Source: an uncultured Chthonomonadales bacterium (GTDB lineage: Bacteria; Armatimonadota; Chthonomonadetes; Chthonomonadales; CAJBBX01). From it: a stretch of 64,000 nucleotides of DNA. A program made the translations under genes and the position numbers. The stretch covers positions 35,241 through 99,240 of the forward strand of contig CALLMM010000006.1 in NCBI GenBank assembly GCA_938005745.1, given 5' to 3'. The notes under the pieces are model-generated. The model saw only the letters and a list, made by a program, of their open reading frames with translations, was not told the origin of the DNA and ran no database searches. This document shows, piece after piece, positions 47,164 to 57,964 of this stretch; position 1 is the stretch's first letter; every line of letters starts with the position of its first letter.

Positions 47164-48192
47164 GTGAGCCAGAAAATTGGTGTCGCCATGCTCTCATTCG
47201 CGCATGTCCATGCCGGAGGATATGCCGAGCAGGTCAAGAACAACCCGAATGCGGAGCTGGTTGCGGTCTGGGATGAGGAGCCTGCGCGGGGAAAAGCGGA
47301 GGCGGAGAGACGCGGCGTCCCCTTCTATGAGGATCTGAACGCTCTGCTTGCGCTCGATACGGTTCAGGGCGTCGTGGTGGATGCACCGACGAACCTGCAC
47401 ACGGAGGTCCTGATCGCCAGCGCAAAGGCGGGAAAGCATATCTTCACGGAGAAGGCTCTCACCATCACCATCGCCGAAGCCGATCAGGTGGTGAGGGCGG
47501 TCAAGGAGTCGGGCGTGAAGTTCATGATCTCCCTGCCGTCGCGCGTGAGCCGCGAAAATCTGTTTGCGAAGCGGGTAATTGACGAAGGTCTGCTGGGCGA
47601 TATCACGCTGATGCGCGCGAGGGTGGCGCATATGGCGGCTCTGGACAGGTGGTTCCGCGCAGGCGAGAACCACAGCGGCAGCCTCTGGTTCGGAGATGAG
47701 AAAGCCGCCGGAGGCGGAGCCTTCTTCGATCTGGGCTGTCATCGCGTGGATCTGATGCGCTGGTTTCTGGGCGAGCCGTCGAGCGTCGTCTCGCGCATGA
47801 ACAACTTCAGCGGCGCGTATCCGATTGACGATAATATGGTCTCGGTGGTCGAGTTCAAAAATCGGGCGCTGGGTATTCTGGATGTCTCCTGGGTGCATCG
47901 CAGCGGACCCAATCCGCTGGAACTCTACGGCACGCATGGATATCTGACCATCGGCGCTGGCTCCGGACCCAATGTGCAGTTCCACAGCACGAAGATTGAC
48001 GCCGCCGGGATCAAAGGGGTCATCTCTCCGACTGAACTGCCCGACGCACCTCCGATGCCGATGGTTCAGTGGATCAACGCCATGAAAGACGGAAGCCCGA
48101 TGACCATCACCATCGAGGATGGATGGAACCTGACTCAGTTGATGGAGGGCTGCTATACGGCGGCGCGCACCGGACAGGCTTACGTCTTCTGA
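47164..48192 (+). CDS. Gfo/Idh/MocA family oxidoreductase
   Basis: The N-terminal Rossmann region is IGVAMLSFAHVHAGGY, with the downstream EKAL motif. Confidence 0.85.
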   Translation: MSQKIGVAMLSFAHVHAGGYAEQVKNNPNAELVAVWDEEPARGKAEAERRGVPFYEDLNALLALDTVQGVVVDAPTNLHTEVLIASAKAGKHIFTEKALTITIAEADQVVRAVKESGVKFMISLPSRVSRENLFAKRVIDEGLLGDITLMRARVAHMAALDRWFRAGENHSGSLWFGDEKAAGGGAFFDLGCHRVDLMRWFLGEPSSVVSRMNNFSGAYPIDDNMVSVVEFKNRALGILDVSWVHRSGPNPLELYGTHGYLTIGAGSGPNVQFHSTKIDAAGIKGVISPTELPDAPPMPMVQWINAMKDGSPMTITIEDGWNLTQLMEGCYTAARTGQAYVF

Positions 48193-48318
48193 TCTCTTCG
48201 GGCGCAGGCAGGTTGTTCTCGCTTCTCTAGCGTACATCCTTCGCAGAGGCGCACTGCCTGCGTCCTTGCATCCCTACCCGTTCTGACATCGCCACTTTGC
48301 AACTATGGGACAGACAGA

Positions 48319-48666
48319 ATGACCGAAGACCCCGCCGAAGCCGTCTACGCCTTCGTACGAACCGTTCCTCCCGGAAAGGTCGTCACCTACGGGCAGGTTG
48401 CCGCCATGGTAACGGAGGTCTCCCTGACCGCGCGGCAGGTGGGACAGATCATGAACGCCAGCCCGCCGGATGTCCCCTTTCAACGGGTTGTGGGAGCCGG
48501 CGGACATCTACCAATCGGCAAACGCGGACCGCACTTGAAGACACTTCAGCGCAGACTGCTGGAGGAGGAGGGTGTCTCCTTCCTACCCAACGACTGCGTG
48601 GACATGAGAAAACATCAGTGGATGCCGCAGGCGGAGGAGCCGCGCGGCTTATTCGAGGAGTGGTGA
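48319..48666 (+). CDS. alkyltransferase-like (Atl/YbaZ-type) MGMT-family DNA-binding protein, no active-site Cys
   Basis: VPPGKVVTYGQVAAMV...ARQVGQIM...VPFQRVVGAGG aligns with the PCHRV (MGMT) and PWHRVV (Atl) motifs. Here the motif is PFQRVV. Confidence 0.75.
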   Translation: MTEDPAEAVYAFVRTVPPGKVVTYGQVAAMVTEVSLTARQVGQIMNASPPDVPFQRVVGAGGHLPIGKRGPHLKTLQRRLLEEEGVSFLPNDCVDMRKHQWMPQAEEPRGLFEEW

Positions 48667-49655
48667 AAGTGATTGTTGCATCGGCTCCGGGACGCTGCGG
48701 GATCATCGGCAATCCCAGCGATATGTACGGCGGAAGCGTTATCAGCATCAGCACCTGCGAACGGGCGACCTGCCGGCTGGAGTTGTCGGATCGTCTGATA
48801 CTCTCCGCAGAGGATGAATCACAGGCGCCCCGGACGCAGGAGGATCTTGCACTGCGGGGCGACAAACTGGATATCGCCCGCGCCACACTGACCTACTTTC
48901 AGATAGACCCTGCGACGGCAAGATTCACCGTCAGCCAGTCCACCGAGATCGCCATGCAGTCGGGGATGGCAGGCTCTACCGCGCTGATCGTCTCTCTGGT
49001 CGGCGCGCTGGATCGCTTTTTTGGCTGGAAGATGCATCCCTGGGCAATCGCGGAGACGGCGCGCAAGATTGAATATCGGGTTATGAAGGTGCTGTGCGGT
49101 CTGCAGGATCAGCACATGGCGGTCTTCGGCGGGCTGAACTTTATGGACTTTGCCCGCAAAGAGAGGCTGGAGCAGCGGGATGATGAGCCGCTGGCAACTG
49201 TGGAGCCGCTGCACCGCTACTGCCCCGATGTCCCTCTGCTGGCGGCGCATACCGGGATCAAGCACCACTCCGGAACGGTGCATAAGAGTCCCCGCGAACG
49301 CTGGCTTGCCGGCGAAAAGCTGGTGGTGGAGACCTTCGAGACACTGGGCGCACTGGCGCGTCTTGGCAAGCGCGCTCTGCTCGATCGAGACTGGGCGAAG
49401 CTGGGCGCACTCATGAATGAGAACCATCGTCTGGTCGCCAATCTGGGAGGCTCCGGTCCGGCAAACGATCACCTGATCGAAACCGCGCGAAAAGCGGGCG
49501 CATGGGGCGCAAAACTGGCGGGAGCGGGCGGGGGCGGAACCATACTGGTTCTGACCGATAAGCCCGATGATATAGGCAGACGTCTGCTGGATGCCGGAGC
49601 GGATCGGCTGTTCTTCCCTCAGCCGCGCGCCGGGTTAACTGTTTTAGAGGAGTAG
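48663..49655 (+). CDS. GHMP-family sugar kinase (glucuronokinase-like)
   Basis: Family sequences are APGRCGIIGNPSDMYGG, SGMAGSTALIVSL and LAGAGGGGTILVL. The GTG at 48663 overlaps the Atl stop as GTGA. The longer ORF from 48297 is an out-of-frame run-through of the Atl gene. Confidence 0.7.
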   Translation: MKVIVASAPGRCGIIGNPSDMYGGSVISISTCERATCRLELSDRLILSAEDESQAPRTQEDLALRGDKLDIARATLTYFQIDPATARFTVSQSTEIAMQSGMAGSTALIVSLVGALDRFFGWKMHPWAIAETARKIEYRVMKVLCGLQDQHMAVFGGLNFMDFARKERLEQRDDEPLATVEPLHRYCPDVPLLAAHTGIKHHSGTVHKSPRERWLAGEKLVVETFETLGALARLGKRALLDRDWAKLGALMNENHRLVANLGGSGPANDHLIETARKAGAWGAKLAGAGGGGTILVLTDKPDDIGRRLLDAGADRLFFPQPRAGLTVLEE

Positions 49656-49659
49656 TGCA

Positions 49660-50559
49660 ATGATTATCACCAGTCGCGCACCCGTCCGCCTGGACTTTGC
49701 CGGAGCATGGACGGATGTCAACATCTTTGCGCTGGGAGCTGGGGGCGCGGTTGTCAACGCCACGATCAACTACTATGTCGAGGGACGGCTGGAGGCGGAA
49801 GACCCGACCCGACAGACCGGCAGAGAGGGCATTCAGGTCTCCTACTCCTGCGACCTTCCCTCCGGTTCCGGGCTGGGAACCTCCGCCGCGCTCAACGTCT
49901 GCTGGCTCAGCCTGGTGCAGTCTAGACCTCCCGAATCCCTGCAGGATCGCATCCGCATCGCCGAACTCGCCTATCAACTGGAGGAGATACTGGGCATTCT
50001 GGGCGGCAAACAGGATCAGTACGCGGCGGCGGTAGGCGGCTTCAACTACCTCACCTTCGGCAAGGAGGTGACGGTGGAGCGTCTGCCGGTCGCGCCGGAG
50101 ATGGTTCGAGCGCTAGAGGAGAGGCTGGTGCTCTGCTACACCGGCAAGTCGAGGCTCTCCGGCAACATTCATGAAAACGTATGGGGCGCGTTCCGGCGTG
50201 GAAACCCGGAGACCGTCAACGCGCTCTACTACCTTCGCAACTGTGCGATCCGCATGAAGACAGTTCTGCTGGAGCAGAACATCCCGGAGTTTGGCGAGCT
50301 GATCGGGCAGAGCTGGAAGCATCAAAAAGCGCTCGATCCATCGGTCACCAATGAGCAGATCGAGACCCTCTTCCAGATCGCGGAGCGCGCGGGCGCGCCT
50401 TACGGGAAAGCCTGCGGGGCGGGAGGGGGAGGCTGTCTGCTCTTCTTCACCGATCCTGATAAAAAGAGCGCGGTTTCAGAAGCCCTCGCCGAAGCCGGCG
50501 CGCGGATTATCCCCTTCCAGTTTGAGTTCGAGGGTCTGCAGGTGATGCGGCAGGAGTAG
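49660..50559 (+). CDS. GHMP-family sugar kinase (HddA/fucokinase-like)
   Basis: Family sequences are SRAPVRLDFAGAWTDV, PSGSGLGTSAALNV, GGKQDQYAA and CGAGGGGCLLFF. Confidence 0.75.
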   Translation: MIITSRAPVRLDFAGAWTDVNIFALGAGGAVVNATINYYVEGRLEAEDPTRQTGREGIQVSYSCDLPSGSGLGTSAALNVCWLSLVQSRPPESLQDRIRIAELAYQLEEILGILGGKQDQYAAAVGGFNYLTFGKEVTVERLPVAPEMVRALEERLVLCYTGKSRLSGNIHENVWGAFRRGNPETVNALYYLRNCAIRMKTVLLEQNIPEFGELIGQSWKHQKALDPSVTNEQIETLFQIAERAGAPYGKACGAGGGGCLLFFTDPDKKSAVSEALAEAGARIIPFQFEFEGLQVMRQE

Positions 50560-50592
50560 CCGATCGCCCGACGCAAAGGAGAGAGCTCGGAC

Positions 50593-51903
50593 ATGAACCA
50601 TGCTTTTCCTCATACGCTCTGCCTGATCTTCTGGACGCTCGCACTGATGTCATTCGCGGCGGAACCGTCCCGTGCGCAGGAGCCGTTTCGTGCGGGAGCC
50701 GCGCGCGCCAGCATCACCCCCGACCTGAAGAGCATGCCCTGCATGCTGGGCGGCTACGTCTCTCCAGAGCGGCTGGGCAAGCCCGCAACAGGGGTTCGCG
50801 ACACCTGCTTTGCGCGCGCGCTGGTGATCTCAGACGGGAAAAGCAGATGCGTGCTGGTCTCGCTCGATCTCTGTTTCGTTCCGGAGAGCTTCCGGAACGC
50901 CGTCTTTGAGCGCATTCGCGATACGGGCATATCCCCCGACAGCCTCTTCCTCTCCGCCACCCACACCCACTCCGCTCCTGACCCCCTCGCCCTGCACAGC
51001 GGCAACACAGGACCGGCAGGCGCGCTCACCACCTACGACCCGAAACTGACGGCATGGATGGCGGACCGGGTTGCCGACGCCATCAAGGAGGCGGACGCGC
51101 GCCAGAAGCCGGCTCAGATCGGCAGCGGGCAGATGCAGGGACTGGGGATGAACCGCAACCGCCGCGGGGAGAACCTCACCGATGACGAGATGACCTGCCT
51201 GAAGATCACGGATCGCGACGGCAGTCCGATCGCCGCGGTCTTCGTCTATGCGGCGCATCCGGTCTACTATGGAGCCGACATGCTGGAGGTCTCCGGCGAC
51301 TGGTCCGGCGTCTTCGCCCGTCAGATGGAGGCGAACCTGCCCGGCGCGACCGTCCTCTTCCTCAACGGGGCGGAGGGCGATGCCTCTCCCAACGGCTCCG
51401 ATGAGGGAACGTCCTCGGATAAGATCAACACCTACGCTGCTAAACTCTCCCTGAAGGCAAACGCTCTCTACCAGAGCATCGGCGTTAAACCGGAGGGCAC
51501 GCTGCGCGGATGGATCCATCGCGTCGAACTAGGCGCGCCGATCCCCCATCCCTTCTTCCTGCTTGCCGCCGGATCGCTGCGCGCCACCCAGGAGCAGGCG
51601 CGGGAACTGGTCAACCGCCTCATGCCGACCTCCTCACCGATCAGCCTCCTGCAGGTCGGCGACGCGCTGCTGATCGGTCTGCCCGGCGAACCGACCGCCG
51701 CTGTGGGGCTGGCGGTGAAAAAGATGGCGCGAGAGCGCGGCTTCAGGAATCCGGCGGTCGTAGCGCTGACAAACGGATGGCTCGGTTACCTCGTAACTGC
51801 GCAGCAGTACCGCGCCGGAAAGTATGAGGCGACGATGTCGTTCTTCGGCGAAAAGATCGGTGAGAAGATACTGGAGGGCATATCAAAAGGGATGCAGAGA
51901 TAA
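50593..51903 (+). CDS. exported neutral/alkaline ceramidase-like hydrolase
   Basis: It has a signal peptide. Family sequences are RAGAARASITPD, LGGY and CFARALVI, plus the metal motif SATHTHSAPD. Confidence 0.65.
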   Translation: MNHAFPHTLCLIFWTLALMSFAAEPSRAQEPFRAGAARASITPDLKSMPCMLGGYVSPERLGKPATGVRDTCFARALVISDGKSRCVLVSLDLCFVPESFRNAVFERIRDTGISPDSLFLSATHTHSAPDPLALHSGNTGPAGALTTYDPKLTAWMADRVADAIKEADARQKPAQIGSGQMQGLGMNRNRRGENLTDDEMTCLKITDRDGSPIAAVFVYAAHPVYYGADMLEVSGDWSGVFARQMEANLPGATVLFLNGAEGDASPNGSDEGTSSDKINTYAAKLSLKANALYQSIGVKPEGTLRGWIHRVELGAPIPHPFFLLAAGSLRATQEQARELVNRLMPTSSPISLLQVGDALLIGLPGEPTAAVGLAVKKMARERGFRNPAVVALTNGWLGYLVTAQQYRAGKYEATMSFFGEKIGEKILEGISKGMQR

Positions 51904-52088
51904 GTGGCTACCCGCCGGGTTACTGCCCGATTGAATCAGGCTACACTTTGACAGACGCTGGAAGCAGTTTCGATCCTGCTCAACACGACACAGAAGGTGT
52001 CGCTGGAGCAGGGTAAAGAGTTGAAGCAGCTGGAAGCGGCTCTTGCTTCGGAGATCATGAATACGCGGTATGCGCGAACAGGCTGAAG

Positions 52089-52118
52089 ACCGGTCGGGAG
52101 AACTCCCGACCGGTTTTT
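52089..52118 (+). terminator. intrinsic terminator
   Basis: ACCGGTCGGGAG-aa-CTCCCGACCGGT is followed by TTTTTCG. It lies 185 nt after the ceramidase-like stop codon. Confidence 0.6.
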
Positions 52119-52147
52119 CGTATATCCTCCGGGAAGGAGTTAACCCG

Positions 52148-52654
52148 ATGCATTCTGTCTTCGCTCTGGGCGCGCCGGAGTATATTCTGACACGTCAGCA
52201 GTGGATACCGCGACCGAAGGAGGAGGTCTTTGCCTTCTTCTGCGACCCATACAACCTCTGCAAGATCACGCCGGAGTGGATGCTGTTTCATATCGTCTCC
52301 ATGCAGCCGCCGACCATCGGACAGGGAACGATCATCAACTATCGCCTGCGGTGGATGGGAATGCCGATACGCTGGAGAACGCTGATTGACGAGTGGGAAC
52401 CCGGACGCAAGTTTGTGGACACCGCTCTGATAAGCCCCTACATCCTCTGGCATCACACCCATACCTTTGAACCGGTGTCGGAGGGCATCCTGATGACGGA
52501 CCGCGTCCGCTATCGTCTGCCGTTCGGACCGCTGGGCATTCTGGCGCACCGGATAATGGTTCAAAGGCAGCTAGACGAGATATTCGACTATCGCATCCAG
52601 CGCATTGCAGAGCTGCTCTGTGACGGGCAGGTCTACCTGCACCCGCCCAAATAG
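52148..52654 (+). CDS. SRPBCC (START/cyclase-dehydrase fold) family protein
   Basis: ATG at 52148 follows GGAAGGAG. Family sequences are QQWIPRPKEEVFAFFCDPYNL and WHHTHTFEP. Confidence 0.7.
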   Translation: MHSVFALGAPEYILTRQQWIPRPKEEVFAFFCDPYNLCKITPEWMLFHIVSMQPPTIGQGTIINYRLRWMGMPIRWRTLIDEWEPGRKFVDTALISPYILWHHTHTFEPVSEGILMTDRVRYRLPFGPLGILAHRIMVQRQLDEIFDYRIQRIAELLCDGQVYLHPPK

Positions 52655-52705
52655 AAACGCCTCCTCTCCGATTTGACGGGAGAGGAGGCGCAGTCCTGCA
52701 GACAA

Positions 52706-54124
52706 TTAAGAGCGCATCTTGTGGATCGCCTCCCCCTTCGCGTCCAGCGAGGCTTCCAGGATCGCCTCCGCCAGCGTCGGATGGGCGTGAACCATCGTCA
52801 TCAACTCCTCGACGGTCGCCTCCAGCTTCATCGCCGTAACCGCCTCATGGATCAGGTCGGAGGCGTGCGGTCCGACGATATGGACGCCCAGAATCTCGCC
52901 GTACTTCCGCTCCGAGACGACCTTGACCATCCCCTCCTGCTGATCTATCGCCATCGCCTTGCCGAGCGGACGGAACGGGAATCTGCCGACCATCACGTCG
53001 TACCCCGCCTCGCGCGCCTGCTTCTCAGTCATCCCGACCCATGAGACCTCCGGCTCGGTGAAGATCGGAGAGGGAACCGTGTGATAGTCCATCTTCGCCT
53101 CATGTCCCATTGCGTTCTCGGCGGCGATCACGCCCTGATGCGACGCCACATGCGCCAGCGCCATCTTGCCGGTTACATCCCCGATGGCGTAGATGTTGGG
53201 AACGCTGGTCTGCATCCGCTCGTTGACCGCGATGCCGTTCTTCTCCATGGCAATCCCCAGCGCCTCCAGACCGAGATTCTGTATGGAGGCGCGACGCCCC
53301 GCTCCCACCAGAATCACCTCCGCAGAAAGGGTTGTCTCTCCCTTCTCCCCACTGACGGTCGCATGCAGGAGTCCGTCTTTTCGCTCCACCTTCGTCAGCC
53401 TGCTGCTGGTGTGGAACTTGATGCCCTGCCGGGTCAACGCCTTCTTCAGCTCCGCCGCGATCTCCGCATCGCCCAGCGGCATGATCTCCGGCATCATCTC
53501 GACGATATGGCACTCGGCTCCCAGACCGTTGAAGACATAGCCGAACTCCAATCCGACCGCGCCCGCCCCCAGCAGGATCATGCTCTTCGGAACCGCTTTG
53601 CAGGTGACGGCATCATCGCTGGTCCAGACCCCCTCCCCCTCCAGTCCGGGAACCGGCGGAATGATCGGACGGGAGCCGGTCGCGATGATGATATTCGCAG
53701 CGGTGAGCGTCTCCTTCTTTCCGCCCTCCAGGGTCACCTCAACGCTGTTTTTCCCCGTGAGCGCGGCGACGCCGACGATCTTCTTGACATGATTGGATTT
53801 CAGAAGGTTTTCGACGCCGCTTCGCAGCGCCTTGACGATCTTCTCCTTGCGATCCATGATCTTGCCAAAGTCGTAGGAGACCTCCCCGGTTAACACGCCC
53901 ATCTTGAGGGCGGACTTTGCCGCATGGTACCGCTCAACGCTGGCGATCATGGTTTTGGTCGGGATGCATCCCCAGTTGAGGCAGACGCCCCCCCACTCCC
54001 GCGCATCGCGCTCAATACAGGCGACTCTGGCGCCCAGCTGCGCGGCGCGAATGGATGCGACATATCCTCCCGGTCCTGAGCCGATCACCACCACATCAAA
54101 ATCGAATGTACCTGATTGAGACAC
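52706..54124 (-). CDS. lpdA: dihydrolipoyl dehydrogenase
   Basis: The FAD-binding motif is DVVVIGSGPGGY, and the redox-active disulfide is GGVCLNWGCIPTK. The C-terminal HAHPTLAE is present. GTG at 54124 lies 7 nt after AGGAGG, and I prefer it to the start at 54163. Confidence 0.9.
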   Translation of the reverse strand: MSQSGTFDFDVVVIGSGPGGYVASIRAAQLGARVACIERDAREWGGVCLNWGCIPTKTMIASVERYHAAKSALKMGVLTGEVSYDFGKIMDRKEKIVKALRSGVENLLKSNHVKKIVGVAALTGKNSVEVTLEGGKKETLTAANIIIATGSRPIIPPVPGLEGEGVWTSDDAVTCKAVPKSMILLGAGAVGLEFGYVFNGLGAECHIVEMMPEIMPLGDAEIAAELKKALTRQGIKFHTSSRLTKVERKDGLLHATVSGEKGETTLSAEVILVGAGRRASIQNLGLEALGIAMEKNGIAVNERMQTSVPNIYAIGDVTGKMALAHVASHQGVIAAENAMGHEAKMDYHTVPSPIFTEPEVSWVGMTEKQAREAGYDVMVGRFPFRPLGKAMAIDQQEGMVKVVSERKYGEILGVHIVGPHASDLIHEAVTAMKLEATVEELMTMVHAHPTLAEAILEASLDAKGEAIHKMRS

Positions 54125-54240
54125 CGCTTTTCCTCCTCTATTCATGCCAACGCATTGTAGCACACTCTATCCACTGCCTGCAAACTGCCCGTTCTGGATG
54201 AAAAAGAGGCGGATTTGCATGAAAAAATACGTTCAACCCC

Positions 54241-54270
54241 TTGTCATAAATATCTGGCATGGGGTATATT
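54241..54270 (+). promoter_or_regulatory. candidate groESL promoter
   Basis: TTGTCA (54241-54246), an 18-nt spacer, then TATATT (54265-54270). It lies immediately upstream of CIRCE. Confidence 0.45.
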
Positions 54271-54279
54271 CACCGTGGA

Positions 54280-54306
54280 TTAGCACTCAGGATGTGAGAG
54301 TGCTAA
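54280..54306 (+). promoter_or_regulatory. CIRCE operator (HrcA binding site)
   Basis: TTAGCACTC-aggatgtga-GAGTGCTAA is a perfect match to the CIRCE consensus TTAGCACTC-N9-GAGTGCTAA. Confidence 0.9.
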
Positions 54307-54371
54307 AAACGATTTGAATAGATGTGTGGTTCAACCAGGTTCAGACACTAAACATCAGGAGGTACTCGACA

Positions 54372-54662
54372 ATGGCGCTGAAGCCTCTGGGAGATCGTTT
54401 GATCGTCAAGCCCCTTCAGGCGGAGGAGATGACCGCAGGCGGGATCGTCCTCCCCGACTCGGCTCGCGAGAAGCCGCAGCAGGGCGAGGTGCTCGCCATC
54501 GGACCGGGCAAGCTGCTGGAGAACGGCAAGGTGGTCGCCATGGAGGTGAAAGTCGGCGATACCATCTACTATGCCAAGTACGGCGGCACCGAGGTGAAGG
54601 TGAACGGCGAGGATCTGGTTATCCTTCGCCAGGACGATGTCCTTGCCATCGTAGAGAAGTAA
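54372..54662 (+). CDS. groES: co-chaperonin GroES
   Basis: The sequence begins [46 protein letters not shown]. The ATG follows AGGAGG. Confidence 0.95.
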   Translation: MALKPLGDRLIVKPLQAEEMTAGGIVLPDSAREKPQQGEVLAIGPGKLLENGKVVAMEVKVGDTIYYAKYGGTEVKVNGEDLVILRQDDVLAIVEK

Positions 54663-54690
54663 CCGGTCGTTTCAAAGTAGCTTTAGATAA

Positions 54691-56328
<1,638 letters not shown>

Positions 56329-56350
56329 TACGCTGTAGACGAGAGGAGAG

Positions 56351-56381
56351 CGCCGGAGCCAGCAGTGGCTCCGGCGTTTTT
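56351..56381 (+). terminator. groEL intrinsic terminator
   Basis: CGCCGGAGCCA-gcag-TGGCTCCGGCG is followed by TTTTT. Confidence 0.75.
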
Positions 56382-56393
56382 CATGATGAACAT

Positions 56394-56433
56394 AAAAAGC
56401 CCCGTCTGCCTGAACACGGCAGACGGGGCTTTT
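56394..56433. terminator. bidirectional terminator, serving the minus-strand sigma factor gene
   Basis: AAAAGCCCCGTCTGCC-tgaacac-GGCAGACGGGGCTTTT has A/T tracts on both sides. Confidence 0.7.
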
Positions 56434-56454
56434 ATCTCCTATCGGACTATCAGA

Positions 56455-57513
56455 TCAGTGCCGGAGCAGCTCCGACGGTCCCAGATGGCGCAGCTTCTTG
56501 AGAGCGCGAAGCTCGATCTGTCGCACGCGCTCGCGGGTTACATGCAGGCGGCTGCCCACCTCTTCCAGTGTTCGGGCGTAGCCGTCATCCAGTCCGAACC
56601 GCATCCGCAGAACGTCTCGTTCGCGAGCGGTCAATTTATTCAGCACCTCCTCAATCTGTTCGCGGCGGATCAGATTGAGCGTAGCTTCCGAGGGAGAGGG
56701 AGCGTTCTGGCACTGGATAAAGTCGGAGAGCTGGCTGTTGTCCTTCTCACCGACCGGAGTCTCCAGCGAGAGCGGCTCCATGGCGATCCGCATGATCTCG
56801 TTCACGCGCTCGACAGAGACCTCCAGCTCGCGCGCCAGTTCATCTACGGTCGGCTCACGATGGAGCTGCTGGCGCAGTCTTCCGCTCGCTTTCACTAGCT
56901 TGTGGATAATCTCTGCGACATAGACGGGGATTCGGATCGTTCGTCCCTGGTTAATAATGGCTCGGGCGATGGCTCGGCGGATCCACCAGGTGGCATAAGT
57001 ACTGAAACGGTAACCTTTATCGGGGTCAAACTTCTCAACCGCGCGGATCAGTCCGATATTGCCCTCCTGAATGAGATCGGGAAGGGGAATTCCCCGCACG
57101 CTGTACTTCTTGGCGATACTGACAACGAGGCGTAGGTTTGCCTCTGTCAGTCGGTCTTTGGCGCGCTTGTCTCCACGTCGAACCGCCCGCGCCAGTCTTA
57201 TCTCCTCGTCAGAGGTGAGAAGTTGTGCGCTGCGCGCACGACTCACCCAGACTTGAACATCTTCGTCCCGCTCGTGTCGGATGGCGGCAACGGCATACTC
57301 ATCCTCCACGTTGTCTTCGACCTCTCCGAGGGGTGCATCAGTCGCGTCGTCCTCAAGAACATCCGCAATGCTGATCAGTTCGTCGTTTGGCTCATCTCCG
57401 AAAACGTCCTTGACATCGTCTTCGATGAACTCCGTGGTGAGGCTGTGATCGGTAGTATCACCTTTGAGCAACGACGGGCGCGGTCGTTCCAGAACGGCGA
57501 TGCTGCTACTCAT
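56455..57513 (-). CDS. sigA: RNA polymerase sigma factor, sigma70 family (RpoD/SigA-like)
   Basis: The N-terminus is acidic. Region 2 is [10 protein letters not shown]. Regions 3 and 4.2 are present ([27 protein letters not shown]). Confidence 0.9.
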   Translation of the reverse strand: MSSSIAVLERPRPSLLKGDTTDHSLTTEFIEDDVKDVFGDEPNDELISIADVLEDDATDAPLGEVEDNVEDEYAVAAIRHERDEDVQVWVSRARSAQLLTSDEEIRLARAVRRGDKRAKDRLTEANLRLVVSIAKKYSVRGIPLPDLIQEGNIGLIRAVEKFDPDKGYRFSTYATWWIRRAIARAIINQGRTIRIPVYVAEIIHKLVKASGRLRQQLHREPTVDELARELEVSVERVNEIMRIAMEPLSLETPVGEKDNSQLSDFIQCQNAPSPSEATLNLIRREQIEEVLNKLTARERDVLRMRFGLDDGYARTLEEVGSRLHVTRERVRQIELRALKKLRHLGPSELLRH

Positions 57514-57873
57514 TCTCTGGTACCCTCCTTATGTTGGGCGACCCCATGTCGGGTCTAGCGTAGCCTTGCCTTGAAACGTAATCACCTCTCCCGGATTTTG
57601 CCCGATTGACCAGTTCACAATACGCTCCTGGCTTGATCGGAGATCAGTAAAACGCTTTATAAATGCAGTGAGTGGAAGAGCGTTTACCAATAATCAGCGT
57701 TGAGCCGTTCAGCTGTAGCCTCTGAATAAACCGGAGGATTTCCCCGTTGAAACCCTGGAATATCGGTACGGCTCCACCGGTCAGGTGTCAGGCGATTTTC
57801 ATAAACAGGCTGAAATTATACTTTTTTTCACAAACGGACCTGTGATGTATAACGATCTCTACGATCATGGTTC

Positions 57874-57902
57874 AGTATAAGGCAGTTGAAACGTTTTGTC
57901 AA
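57874..57902 (-). promoter_or_regulatory. strong candidate promoter about 350 nt upstream of sigA
   Basis: On the minus strand: TTGACA (57902-57897), a 17-nt spacer, then TATACT (57879-57874). Confidence 0.45.
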
Positions 57903-57964
57903 GATAAATTTCAGACGGGATCCCTTCTGAAGCCTCCAGGACACACGTTTCATGCCTGTCAACT

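Noticed and set aside
48297-48662. N-terminal 122 codons of the 452-aa ORF that would extend the GHMP kinase back across the Atl-like gene.
   Set aside because: The extension is Arg/Gly-rich nonsense in a different frame from a well-formed MGMT-family gene. Kinase homology begins at VKVIVASAPGRCG, where a GTG overlaps the Atl stop.
57755-57800. SRP-RNA-like string CCGGTCAGGTGTCAGGCG in the sigA upstream region.
   Set aside because: It lacks the GGAA/AGCA symmetric-loop context and the long helix 5 pairing of 4.5S RNA.
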